A stretch of 32,000 bases of DNA from Candidatus Saccharimonadota bacterium (GTDB lineage: Bacteria; Pseudomonadota; Gammaproteobacteria; Enterobacterales; Enterobacteriaceae), in contig CP188087.1 in NCBI GenBank assembly GCA_049942775.1, positions 60,001 through 92,000 on the forward strand. The letters run 5' to 3'. Below, piece by piece: positions 16,916-25,583 of the stretch. The translations under genes and the position numbers were made by a program. The first letter of the stretch is position 1, and each line of letters opens with the position of its first letter. The notes under the pieces are model-generated. The model was not told where the DNA came from, did no database searches, and was given only the letters and a program-made list of their open reading frames with translations.

Positions 16916-17143
16916 TTATTTTTCCCCATTGTTTTTTTCAAGAGCCTTTGTTATTCCATTTTTATCAATTGTTCTCATTCCTTTGGCTGATACTTTGATA
17001 CAAACAAATTTTCTTTTTTCAGGAATCCAAAATTTATGATTATGTAAATTTAAAAAAAATTTTCTTTTTTTTGCGTTCATTGCATGCGATCTTTTATTTC
17101 CAAACATTGGTTTTTTAGATGTGATTTTACATGTTTTTGACAT
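16916..17143 (-). CDS. rpmB: 50S ribosomal protein L28
   Basis: MSKTCKITSKKPMFGNKRSHAMNAKKRKFFLNLHNHKFW...VSAKGMRTIDKNGI matches E. coli [39 protein letters not shown]...VSAKGMRVIDKKGI. The ORF track starts 4 codons earlier (17155), but the homology-based start is 17143. Confidence 0.93.
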   Translation of the reverse strand: MSKTCKITSKKPMFGNKRSHAMNAKKRKFFLNLHNHKFWIPEKRKFVCIKVSAKGMRTIDKNGITKALEKNNGEK

Positions 17144-17363
17144 TTTTATATCCATTTTATTTTTTAATATTTTGTAATTTATTTTCTCAATTATATATTT
17201 TTTTTTAATTTTATTTGAAGTATTTGTACATTTAATAATTTATCAATTTATATTTATTTTTTAAAATAAGTCACAAATTTTAATAGATTTTTTTTCTTTG
17301 ACATTTTTTTTTTGGTATTTATATTTTAAGATTTAAAAAAAATATAAATTTAATCTATCTTAG

Positions 17364-17379
17364 TTTTTTTTTTTTTTTT
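17364..17379. repeat. T16 homopolymer (A16 on the ppa strand) just 3' of the ppa stop
   Basis: Counted directly: t17364-t17379. Confidence 0.95.
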
Positions 17380-17383
17380 AAAA

Positions 17384-17920
17384 TTATGATTTTTTTATTT
17401 TTTTTCTTTCAATTGATTTTAGAATTACTTTCTTTGCAACTTTTTTATTTTCCCAAGATAATATTTTTACCCATTTTCCTTTTTCTAGTTTTTTATAATT
17501 TTCAAAAAAATGTTCTATTTGTTTTTTTAATAGAACAGGGAAATCTGATATATCGTTTATAAAATTATATTCTTCCGAAATTTTTTTATCTGGAACAGCT
17601 ATTATTTTTTCATCTTCTCCGGATTCGTCCTTCATTTTTAATAAACCAATAGGTCGACATTGAATCACGGAATTTGATAGTAGTGGATATGGAGTTACAA
17701 CAAGAATATCTAATGGATCACCATCTAAAGATAAAGTATTATTTATATATCCATAATTACATGGATAAATCATATTACTTGCTATAAATCTATCAACAAA
17801 TAAAATGTTGTAGTTTTTATTCATTTCATATTTTATTGGACTAGAATTAGCTGGTATTTCAATAATAGCGTATACATCTTCAGGTACATTTTCCCCAGAG
17901 ACAATTTTGTTTACGTTCAT
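17384..17920 (-). CDS. ppa: Inorganic pyrophosphatase
   Basis: The ATG at 17920 (MNVNKIVSGENVPEDVYAIIEIPANSSPIKYE) aligns position-for-position with E. coli [32 protein letters not shown]. The motifs YPCNYGYINNTLSLDGDPLDILV and KGKWVK are present. The ORF track's alternative start is 17932. Confidence 0.95.
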   Translation of the reverse strand: MNVNKIVSGENVPEDVYAIIEIPANSSPIKYEMNKNYNILFVDRFIASNMIYPCNYGYINNTLSLDGDPLDILVVTPYPLLSNSVIQCRPIGLLKMKDESGEDEKIIAVPDKKISEEYNFINDISDFPVLLKKQIEHFFENYKKLEKGKWVKILSWENKKVAKKVILKSIERKKIKKS

Positions 17921-18124
17921 TTTTCTTTCCATTATTAATAATGATTGATTATTTTTTTTTATTGAATAAAATATAATTAAAAAAAATTTAATATTCGTTT
18001 AATAAAGATAATTGTTTATTAGTAATTTTTGTTTGCTTAACAAATTATTTATAACAGATTTTAAAATAGTTAGGAAGGTTTTTTGAATGTGTTTAATTTA
18101 TTAATTTAAATATGGATAAATACT

Positions 18125-19492
18125 ATGGGAAAATATAAAGATATTTTAGAAACTGAAAAAAGATTGAGGGAATTTGTTTTATTTTCTTTAAATTTAATAA
18201 AAAAAAAATTTTCTTCTTTTTCTGCTATGGTTGTAGCAAATTATAATTTTGGAATTAATTTAAGTGTTCGTTGGGGAAAATTAGAAAATATTGAATTTCA
18301 AAAAAATAAAAATTTCTCTGTTATTATATTTTATAATCATAGGAAGGGAATTGCTTCTTCTAATGACTTTTCTTTGTTTAAGGTGAAAAAAATTATACAA
18401 AAAGCAGTAGATTTTTCTATATATACAAGAAAAGATCATAATTTTAGTTTACCAGAAAAAAAATTTTTAGAAGTATTTGATGACGATTTAAAAATATTTT
18501 TCCCTTGTAAAAATAAGATCGAAAACAATATAGAAATTGTAACAAATATTGAAAATATTGCATTAAATTCAGATAGAAGAATCATTAATACTGAAGGTTC
18601 TTCGTTATTAAGTAATACAAATATTAACGTTATTGGAAATAGTTATGGAATAATTAATTCATATAAAAATACTGTTCATAGTATTTCTGTTGGAGTATTA
18701 GCAGCTTCTAAAAAAAATAATAAAAATATGGAAAGGGAATATGCATATACTATAGCAAGAGATTTTCAAGATTTAGAATCTCCTATTAAAATTGGGAAAA
18801 AAGTAGCAAAAAAAGCTGTCTTTAGATTAGGAGCAAAAAAGATTTCTTCTATGAAAGCATGTATAATATTTTCTTCTGATGTATCTAGTAGTTTATTTTC
18901 CTATTTTGTACAAGGGATTACTGGAAGTAACATTTATAAAAAAAATAGTTTTTTATGTGATAAACTAAATAAATTAATTTTCCCTAATTGGTTAAACATA
19001 GTAGATGATCCTCATGTAAAAAAAGGGCTTTTTTCTAGACCTTTTGATGGAGAAGGAGTTAGAACTAAAATTTTAAAGGTCGTAGAATCAGGAATTTTAA
19101 AAACTTGGTTATTAGATTGTTATTCATCTAGAAGATTAGGATTAAACACTACTGGTCATTCTGGAGGTATTCATAATCTTATAATTTCTACAGAAAATAA
19201 AAATTCACTTTTAACATTTAAAGAAATGTTGTCTGAAGTTCGTTTTGGAATATTAGTTACAGAATTGATGGGAGATGGAGTAAATTTAATAAATGGAGAT
19301 TATTCTAGAGGAGCTTTTGGGTTTTTAGTAGAATATGGAAAAATTAAATATCCAGTGAAAGAAATTACTATTTCCGGAAATTTAAATGAAATCTGGAAAA
19401 ATATTGTATATCTTGGAAAAGATATTGACTATAAAAAAAATATACAATGTGGATCAATTTTTGTTTCAGAAATGCAAATTTCTGGTTTATAA
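18125..19492 (+). CDS. pmbA: Metalloprotease PmbA/TldE
   Basis: The ORF is 455 aa (E. coli 450). MEREYAYTIARD, FDGEGVRT, TGHSGGIHN, VTELMGDGVNLINGDYSRGAFGF and EITISGNLNEIWKNIV are colinear with E. coli PmbA. Confidence 0.92.
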   Translation: MGKYKDILETEKRLREFVLFSLNLIKKKFSSFSAMVVANYNFGINLSVRWGKLENIEFQKNKNFSVIIFYNHRKGIASSNDFSLFKVKKIIQKAVDFSIYTRKDHNFSLPEKKFLEVFDDDLKIFFPCKNKIENNIEIVTNIENIALNSDRRIINTEGSSLLSNTNINVIGNSYGIINSYKNTVHSISVGVLAASKKNNKNMEREYAYTIARDFQDLESPIKIGKKVAKKAVFRLGAKKISSMKACIIFSSDVSSSLFSYFVQGITGSNIYKKNSFLCDKLNKLIFPNWLNIVDDPHVKKGLFSRPFDGEGVRTKILKVVESGILKTWLLDCYSSRRLGLNTTGHSGGIHNLIISTENKNSLLTFKEMLSEVRFGILVTELMGDGVNLINGDYSRGAFGFLVEYGKIKYPVKEITISGNLNEIWKNIVYLGKDIDYKKNIQCGSIFVSEMQISGL

Positions 19493-19499
19493 AACCCAC

Positions 19500-19545
19500 A
19501 AAACATTTATATAAAAAATATGTTCTATATAAATGTTTTTGAAAT
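19500..19545. terminator. Hairpin between convergent pmbA and rnpB (candidate terminator)
   Basis: A perfect 13-14-bp stem, (A)AAACATTTATATA (19500-19513) / TATATAAATGTTT(T) (19526-19539), with a 12-nt loop. On the plus strand it is followed by TTGAAATAAATTTTTT. Confidence 0.5.
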
Positions 19546-19602
19546 AAATTTTTTAAAATTTTTTATTAAATTTTAAAAATTTAAATTTCTTATTTTTATT
19601 AA

Positions 19603-19964
19603 AAGTGAAATCAAATAATCTGTAAGCCGGATTCTGTTTTTAATAGTCATTTATCTAGAATAATAATTGCTTATTATCTCAAGCGGCCTACCCAGATTTT
19701 TAAATACGGGTTATATTGAACAAATCTTTATTTGGCCTTGCTCCAGGTGGAGTTTACCTTGCCAAAATTTATTTCTAAATTTTCGGTGTGCTCTTACCAC
19801 ACCTTTTCACCCTTACCAAATTATATTTTTTTTGGCGGTTTTTTTTCTGTGGCACTAGTCGTAGAATTCCCAGGTGTTACCTGGCACCTTACCCTGTGGA
19901 GTCCGGACTTTCCTCTATTTTAAAAAATGTAAAATAGCGACTATTCGATTAATTGAAATCACTT
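19603..19964 (-). ncRNA. rnpB: RNase P RNA (M1 RNA, bacterial type A); ends approximate to about 5 nt
   Basis: The reverse complement contains GAGGAAAGTCCGGACTCCACAGGGTAAGGTGCCAGGTAACACCTGGG...GGTAAGGGTGAAAAGGTGTGGTAAGAGCACACC...GGTAAACTCCACCTGGAGCAAGGCCAAATA...GGGTAGGCCGCTTGAG...ACAGAATCCGGCTTAC. These are the universally conserved CR-I to CR-V blocks of E. coli M1 RNA. P1 pairing AGTGA/TCACT defines the ends. This is the most GC-rich patch in the window. Confidence 0.92.
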
Positions 19965-19994
19965 GTATTATGAATAATAATACCAAATTTTTTT

Positions 19995-20872
19995 TTATTT
20001 GTCATCTTTTATGTTTTTTATTGCTTCTTTATATATATAATTTTTTTTTGCTTGACATATTTTTGAAGTTAGTAATATCGATTGTTTTAAAGATAGTTCT
20101 TTACTTAAAATATTTAGTATTCTTTTGGCTTCTTTTTTTTTTTCTTTTTTTACTTTTATTTTTTTAATTAGAATAATAAATTCTCCATTTTTGTTTTTGG
20201 TATCTTTTTTAAGAAATTTTAATACTTTTATAGCTGTAGATTTATAAAAAAGTTCCCAAATTTTTGTTATTTCTTTTGCTATAGTTATTTTTTGATTTTC
20301 TCCTAATTCATTAATGATTTCTTTTATAGAATTAATAATTCTATGAGAAGATTCTAAAAAAATTGTAGTTCGTTCATTTTTTTTTATTTTTTTAAATGTT
20401 TGTTTTATGTTTTTCTTTTTTGGAAAAAATCCTTCATAGGAAAATTTATCAGCAGGAAGTCCAGATCCTATAAGAGCAGTAATAATTGAACAAGCTCCAG
20501 GTAAAGGTATTATTTTTATTTTTTTTTTTTGACATGCTTTAACTAAAATAAATCCAGGATCATTAATTATTGGAGTTCCTGCATTGGACACTAGTGCAAT
20601 TGTTTGTCCTAATAGTAATTTTTTAATTAAATATTTTGTTTTTTTTTCTTCGTTATGTTTATTAAAAGAAATAATTTTTTTTTTTTTATATCAAAATTTT
20701 TTAGTAAAATTGTTGTATGAAAAATGTTTTCAGCAGCAATAATATTTACTTTATTTAAAATTAATAATGATCTTTGCGTAATATCTAGAAGATTTCCTAT
20801 TGGCGTTGGAACAATATATAAACAGTTTTTGTTAATTATGTTTTTAAGATGAACTGGGATATTTGTTTTCAT
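19995..20872 (-). pseudogene. rsmI: 16S rRNA (C1402 2'-O)-methyltransferase RsmI/YraL, split by a frameshift in an A13 tract (T13 on the plus strand, 20675-20687); possibly still expressed through slippage
   Basis: ORF 20872-20627 ([19 protein letters not shown]...[23 protein letters not shown]) matches E. coli RsmI residues ~14-65. Past the homopolymer the homology continues in another frame: [42 protein letters not shown]... versus E. coli [41 protein letters not shown]. That frame runs on into ORF 20591-19995. Tract lengths of 11 or 14 A would give one ~290-aa frame. Confidence 0.88.
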
Positions 20873-20957
20873 TTTTAAAATATTTTATTATTGTAAATAA
20901 TATATAATAATTTTATTAAACTAAAAAAAATAATATAGACAATAATTTATTGTATCA

Positions 20958-20977
20958 TTTTTTTTTTTTTTTTTTTT
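20958..20977. repeat. T20 homopolymer in the divergent rsmI/fabB intergenic region
   Basis: Counted directly: 3+10+7 T from 20958 to 20977. Confidence 0.95.
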
Positions 20978-21021
20978 AATTTTTTAAAAAAATTATTTTT
21001 TATTTTTTTTAAGGAAAAATA

Positions 21022-22248
21022 GTGAAACGAGTAGTTATAACAGGAATAGGAATTATTTCGTGCATTGGAAACACTGAAAAAGAAATATTAAATAATTTAA
21101 AAAATGGAAGATCAGGAATTTTTTTTTCTAAAAAAATGCATCAGTTAGGAATACGTAGTCACATTTGTGGAAAAGTTAAATTTAAAAAAAAATATATAGA
21201 TAGAAAAAATCTTAGATTTATGACAAAAATTTCAGAATATGCATATGTAGCATTAAAAAATGCTATTGCAAATTCTGGGTTAATTTCTAAAATTTATGAA
21301 AAGAACAATAGAGTAGGAATAATTATTGGTTCTGGATTAGGTATTATGAATTTAAGAAATATTTTCAATAATATTCTTAAGTTAGAAAAATTTCAAGATC
21401 CTTATTCGATAATCAAATATATGCCTTCTTCAATTTCTTCGATTTTATCTGTAATTTTAAAATTACATGGAGTCAATTATGCAATAAATTCTGCATGTAC
21501 AACTTCTGCTAATTGTATTGGTCATTCTTATCAATTAATAAAAAATGGTTATCAAGATATAGTTTTTGCAGGAGGGACAGAAGAAATAACTAAAGAAGCA
21601 GCTATTGGTTTTGACAAAATGAGGATTTTATCTACAAATTACAATTCTATTCCAAACAAAGCGTCTCGTGTTTTCGATAAAAATCGAGATGGATTTGTTT
21701 TGTCAGAAGGAGCTGGAATATTAGTTTTAGAAGAATTGAATCATGCTTTAAATAGGAAAGCTCCAATAATTTATGGGGAATTAATCGGTTATGGATTTTC
21801 TTCAAATGGTCAAAGCATGGTTTCTTCTTCTGAGATTAGTTTGATTCATTGTATGAATATGGCGTTAAATAATTTAAAAAAAAAATCAATTGATTATTTA
21901 AATCCTCATGCTACTTCTACTAAAAAAGGTGACATTATAGAATTAAATGCTATTAGAAATGTATTTAAAAAAAATAATATTCCGATAATTTCTGCAACAA
22001 AGTCTATGACTGGTCATTCTTTAGGAGCATCTGGAGTACATGAAATTATTTATACATTAATTATGATGAAAAATAATTTTATAGCACCTAGTATTAACAT
22101 TGATTCATTAGATATTTTAGCTAAAGGAATGAATATTTCAAAAAAAACAATAGAAACTAAAATTAATTATGCTATGTCAAATAGTTTAGGTTTTGGAGGA
22201 ACAAGTGTCAGTTTAGTTTTAAAAAAAAGTAATAAATATAGTTCTTAG
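21022..22248 (+). CDS. fabB: 3-oxoacyl-ACP synthase I
   Basis: GTG start with AAGGA 6 nt upstream. MKRVVITGIGIISCIGN matches E. coli MKRAVITGLGIVSSIGN. It has the active-site INSACTTSANCIG (Cys), NPHATST (His), ATKSMTGHSLGASG (His) and SNSLGFGGT. Length is 408 aa versus 406. Confidence 0.96.
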   Translation: MKRVVITGIGIISCIGNTEKEILNNLKNGRSGIFFSKKMHQLGIRSHICGKVKFKKKYIDRKNLRFMTKISEYAYVALKNAIANSGLISKIYEKNNRVGIIIGSGLGIMNLRNIFNNILKLEKFQDPYSIIKYMPSSISSILSVILKLHGVNYAINSACTTSANCIGHSYQLIKNGYQDIVFAGGTEEITKEAAIGFDKMRILSTNYNSIPNKASRVFDKNRDGFVLSEGAGILVLEELNHALNRKAPIIYGELIGYGFSSNGQSMVSSSEISLIHCMNMALNNLKKKSIDYLNPHATSTKKGDIIELNAIRNVFKKNNIPIISATKSMTGHSLGASGVHEIIYTLIMMKNNFIAPSINIDSLDILAKGMNISKKTIETKINYAMSNSLGFGGTSVSLVLKKSNKYSS

Positions 22249-22387
22249 TAAATATTTTTTTTATTTTTTTGACTATGTAAATTTTTATTTTTTTAAATAA
22301 AGTATTTTTTTTATATTAATTTTTATTAATAAAATTTTTTTTATTAATATTAAATAGCATTAATTTAATTATTTATGGAGTTTAAAA

Positions 22388-23350
22388 TTGAATAGTTTAA
22401 ATTATTTAAAAAAATTTTCAACTGTTGTTGTTGACACTGGAGATGTTAGTTTAATAGATAAATTTCTTCCCGAAGATGCTACAACTAATCCTTCTTTAAT
22501 TTTAAATGTTTGTAATTTAAATCAATATAAAAAAATAATTGATAAAGCAATTACATGTTCTAAAAAACAAGGGATGGATGAAAAAAAATCAATAAATTTT
22601 ATTATTAATAAATTGTCTACTGGAATTGGAATAGAATTACTAAAAAAAATCCCAGGTTATATTTCAACAGAAATAAGTGCGGATCTTTCTTTTGATAAGT
22701 CAAAATGTATTGAAGAATCGAAAAAAATAATTGAAATGTATGAAGAAGCAAATATAGATAGGTCTAGAGTTTTAATTAAGTTAGCAGCAACTTGGGAAGG
22801 TATTAAAGCTTCAGAAGAATTAGAAAAATTAAATATCAAATGTAATTTGACTTTATTATTTTCTTTTGCTCAAGCTAAGGCATGTGCGGAAGCAGGTGTT
22901 TTTTTAATTTCTCCGTTTGTAGGAAGAATTAGTGATTGGTATAATATTAATTATCCTAATCAACAGGATTCGTATAATGTAAAAAAAGATAAAGGAGTAC
23001 AATCTGTAATTAAAATTTTTAATTATTATAAAAAACATGGATATAAAACTATTATTATGGCAGCTAGTTTTAGAAATGTTAAACAAATATTAGAATTGTC
23101 TGGATGTGATAAGTTAACTATATCTCCAATTTTATTAGATAAATTAATGAGGTCTTCAAAATTAGTCAAGAAAAACCTTATTGTTACTAATAAAGTTAGT
23201 AAAGTTCCTACGAAAAGATTATCTAAATCTGAATTTTTATGGGAACATAATTTAAACCCTATGGCTGTTGAAAAATTATCAGAAGGAATTCGACAGTTTT
23301 CAGCAGATCAAAAAAAGTTAGAAAAAATTATTATTTCCAAATTTTATTAG
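22388..23350 (+). CDS. talA: Transaldolase
   Basis: TTG start 7 nt after GGAG. The ATG just upstream runs into a stop after 5 codons. TVVVDTGDV, DATTNPSLIL, STEISADLS, IKLAATWEGI (Schiff-base Lys) and NLTLLFSFAQAKACAEAGVFLISPFVGRI are colinear with E. coli TalA/TalB. The A versus B paralogue cannot be assigned from this window. Confidence 0.93.
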   Translation: MNSLNYLKKFSTVVVDTGDVSLIDKFLPEDATTNPSLILNVCNLNQYKKIIDKAITCSKKQGMDEKKSINFIINKLSTGIGIELLKKIPGYISTEISADLSFDKSKCIEESKKIIEMYEEANIDRSRVLIKLAATWEGIKASEELEKLNIKCNLTLLFSFAQAKACAEAGVFLISPFVGRISDWYNINYPNQQDSYNVKKDKGVQSVIKIFNYYKKHGYKTIIMAASFRNVKQILELSGCDKLTISPILLDKLMRSSKLVKKNLIVTNKVSKVPTKRLSKSEFLWEHNLNPMAVEKLSEGIRQFSADQKKLEKIIISKFY

Positions 23351-23436
23351 TTCATTGAAATATTTTTTAAAACTAGTTTTAAAAAAAAAGGACATTTATA
23401 AAATTTAAATATTTACAATTGATTTATGGAGTACAT

Positions 23437-25452
23437 ATGATTTCTAGAAGAGAATTAGCTAATGCAATTCGTATATTAAGTATTGATTCAATTGAAAACG
23501 CTAAGTCAGGACATCCAGGAGCTCCAATGGGAATGGCTGATATAGCTGAAGTATTATGGAGGAGCTTTTTACGCCATAATCCAAATAATTCCAAATGGTT
23601 TGATAGAGATAGATTTGTTTTATCTAATGGTCATGGATCTATATTACTATACAGTATATTACATTTGACAGGATACGATTTGTCAATTAAAGATTTAAAA
23701 AATTTTAGAAAACTAGATTCAAAAACTCCAGGTCATCCTGAATCATTTCAAACTATTGGAGTAGAAACTACTACTGGACCATTAGGTCAAGGATTAGCAG
23801 CAGCTGTTGGAATGGCTATTGCAGAACGAACATTATCAGCTAGTTTTAATAAAAAAGGATACAATATAGTTGATCATTATACCTGGGTTTTTGTTGGTGA
23901 TGGCTGTTTAATGGAAGGAATTTCTCATGAAGTATGTTCATTAGCTGGAACATTAAAATTAGGAAAATTAATTGTATTCTATGATAAAAATCATATTTCT
24001 ATTGATGGAAATATTAATTCTTGGTTTACTGATAATACTCATAAAAGATTCTCTTCTTATGGTTGGCATGTAATTGATTCCGTAGATGGTCATGATGCAG
24101 ATTCTATTTTTAATGCAATTATTCTGGCTAAATCTGAAAAAAATAAACCATCTATTATTATTTGTGATACTACAATTGGATTTGGTTCTCCAAATAAATC
24201 CGGAAAAGAAATTTGTCATGGTTCTCCATTAGGATTGTTAGAAGTAGAATTAACAAGAAAAAAATTAAATTGGAAAAATACTGATTCATTTAAAATATCT
24301 AAAGAGATTTATAAAGCATGGAATGCTAAAGAAAAAGGAATTCGTTTAGAAGAAGAGTGGAATAATTTAATTAATTCTTACAAAAAAAAATATCCATCTT
24401 TATATGATGAATACATTCGTCGTATGGAAGGAAATATTCCTGTTAATTTTATTGATTCTATTAATAAATTTATTATTTCTACAGTTTCTAATACAGAAAA
24501 AGTTGCTACTAGAAAATCATCACAAAACACATTAGAAATAATAGGACCATTGTTACCAGAACTATTTGGTGGTTCAGCTGATTTATCTCCTAGTAATTTA
24601 ACTATGTGGTCAGGTTCTAAATCAATAAAAAATTTTTCTAATGGAAATTATGTACATTTTGGAGTGAGAGAATTTGGAATGACAGCTATTGGAAACGGAA
24701 TTTCTAATCATGGTGGTTTTATTCCATATACAGCTACATTTTTAATTTTTGTAGAATATGCAAAAAATGCTGTTCGAATGGCTGCATTAATGAAAATTAA
24801 ACATATATTTATATACACACATGATTCCATTGGTTTAGGTGAAGATGGTCCTACTCATCAACCTATTGAACAAATAGCTAGCTTGAGAATTGTCCCCAAT
24901 TTAAGTGTTTGGAGACCAAGCGGTTCGTTAGAAACAGCGATAGCATGGAAATATGCTTTAAATAGATCATCAGGACCTACTGCATTGGTTTTATCTAGAC
25001 AAGATATAATTAATAATCCTATCGATAAAAATATAATAAAAAATATAATTCGTGGTGGTTATATTTTAAAAAAAACAAGTAAAAAAAAGACGATAGATTT
25101 AATTTTAATTGCAACTGGTTCTGAAGTAGAATTATCTTATAATGTTTTTCTAAAACTAGAAAAATTAGGGTTTGCAGTACAGATGGTTTCTATGCCTTGT
25201 TGTGATGTTTTTGATGATCAAGATGAAGAATACAAACAATCTGTAATATTGCCTAATGTTGTTCAAAGAGTAGTAATTGAAGCTGGAGTAAGTAATTTTT
25301 GGTACAAATACATAGGAATTCATGGAATTTGTTTTGGAATTAATCAATTTGGAGAATCTGGATCAGCTCAGTGTTTGTTTTCTAAATTTGGTTTTACCGT
25401 TGAAAATATTGTGAAAAAAATAAATAATTTATATATAAAATCTTCAAATTAA
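23437..25452 (+). CDS. tktB: Transketolase
   Basis: The ATG at 23437 ([41 protein letters not shown]) aligns with E. coli [41 protein letters not shown], with GGAG 5 nt upstream. The ORF track starts 6 codons earlier. The A/B paralogue name is by analogy only. Confidence 0.96.
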   Translation: [671 protein letters not shown]

Positions 25453-25462
25453 TTTTTTTTAT

Positions 25463-25490
25463 AGGGCTTTTATAGCCCTTTTATTGTTTT
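25463..25490 (+). terminator. Rho-independent terminator after tkt
   Basis: Stem AGGGCT (25463-25468), loop TTTAT, stem AGCCCT (25474-25479), followed by TTTTATTGTTTT. This is one of the few GC-containing hairpins in the window. Confidence 0.6.
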
Positions 25491-25583
25491 AGAAAAATAT
25501 ATTTTTTAAAATTTCTATACTTTATTATTTCTATTATTTAATTTCACATTCAACTTAAAAGAAGTACATTATGGGATTTTAAA

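Noticed and set aside
17298-17325. Near-consensus TTGACA-N16-TATATT on the plus strand, pointing antisense into ppa
   Set aside because: No plus-strand gene lies downstream. Promoter-like hexamers arise readily in AT-rich spacers, so without transcript data this is not reportable as a feature.
19667-20167. Three overlapping plus-strand ORFs (19667-19858, 19732-19923, 19874-20167)
   Set aside because: The first two sit on the antisense strand of the RNase P RNA gene, whose GC-richer conserved blocks remove stop codons. The third is antisense to the rnpB 5' end and the rsmI 3' end. None has coding-like sequence.
23367-23386. 20-nt perfect palindrome TTTTAAAACTAGTTTTAAAA between tal and tkt, considered as a terminator
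   Set aside because: The stem is A/T only with a very weak predicted hairpin, no clear U-tract context, and tkt starts 50 nt later. It is probably compositional.
2191-25347. Other short antisense ORFs in the track (2191-2382, 3062-3250, 5313-5537, 7741-7998, 8983-9261, 22657-22839, 22904-23086, 23968-24219, 25165-25347, 29471-29740)
   Set aside because: Each is fully or largely nested antisense within a well-supported gene (ligA, gltX, fliF, fliG/H, tal, tkt, aroC). All are 60-92 aa and low-complexity.
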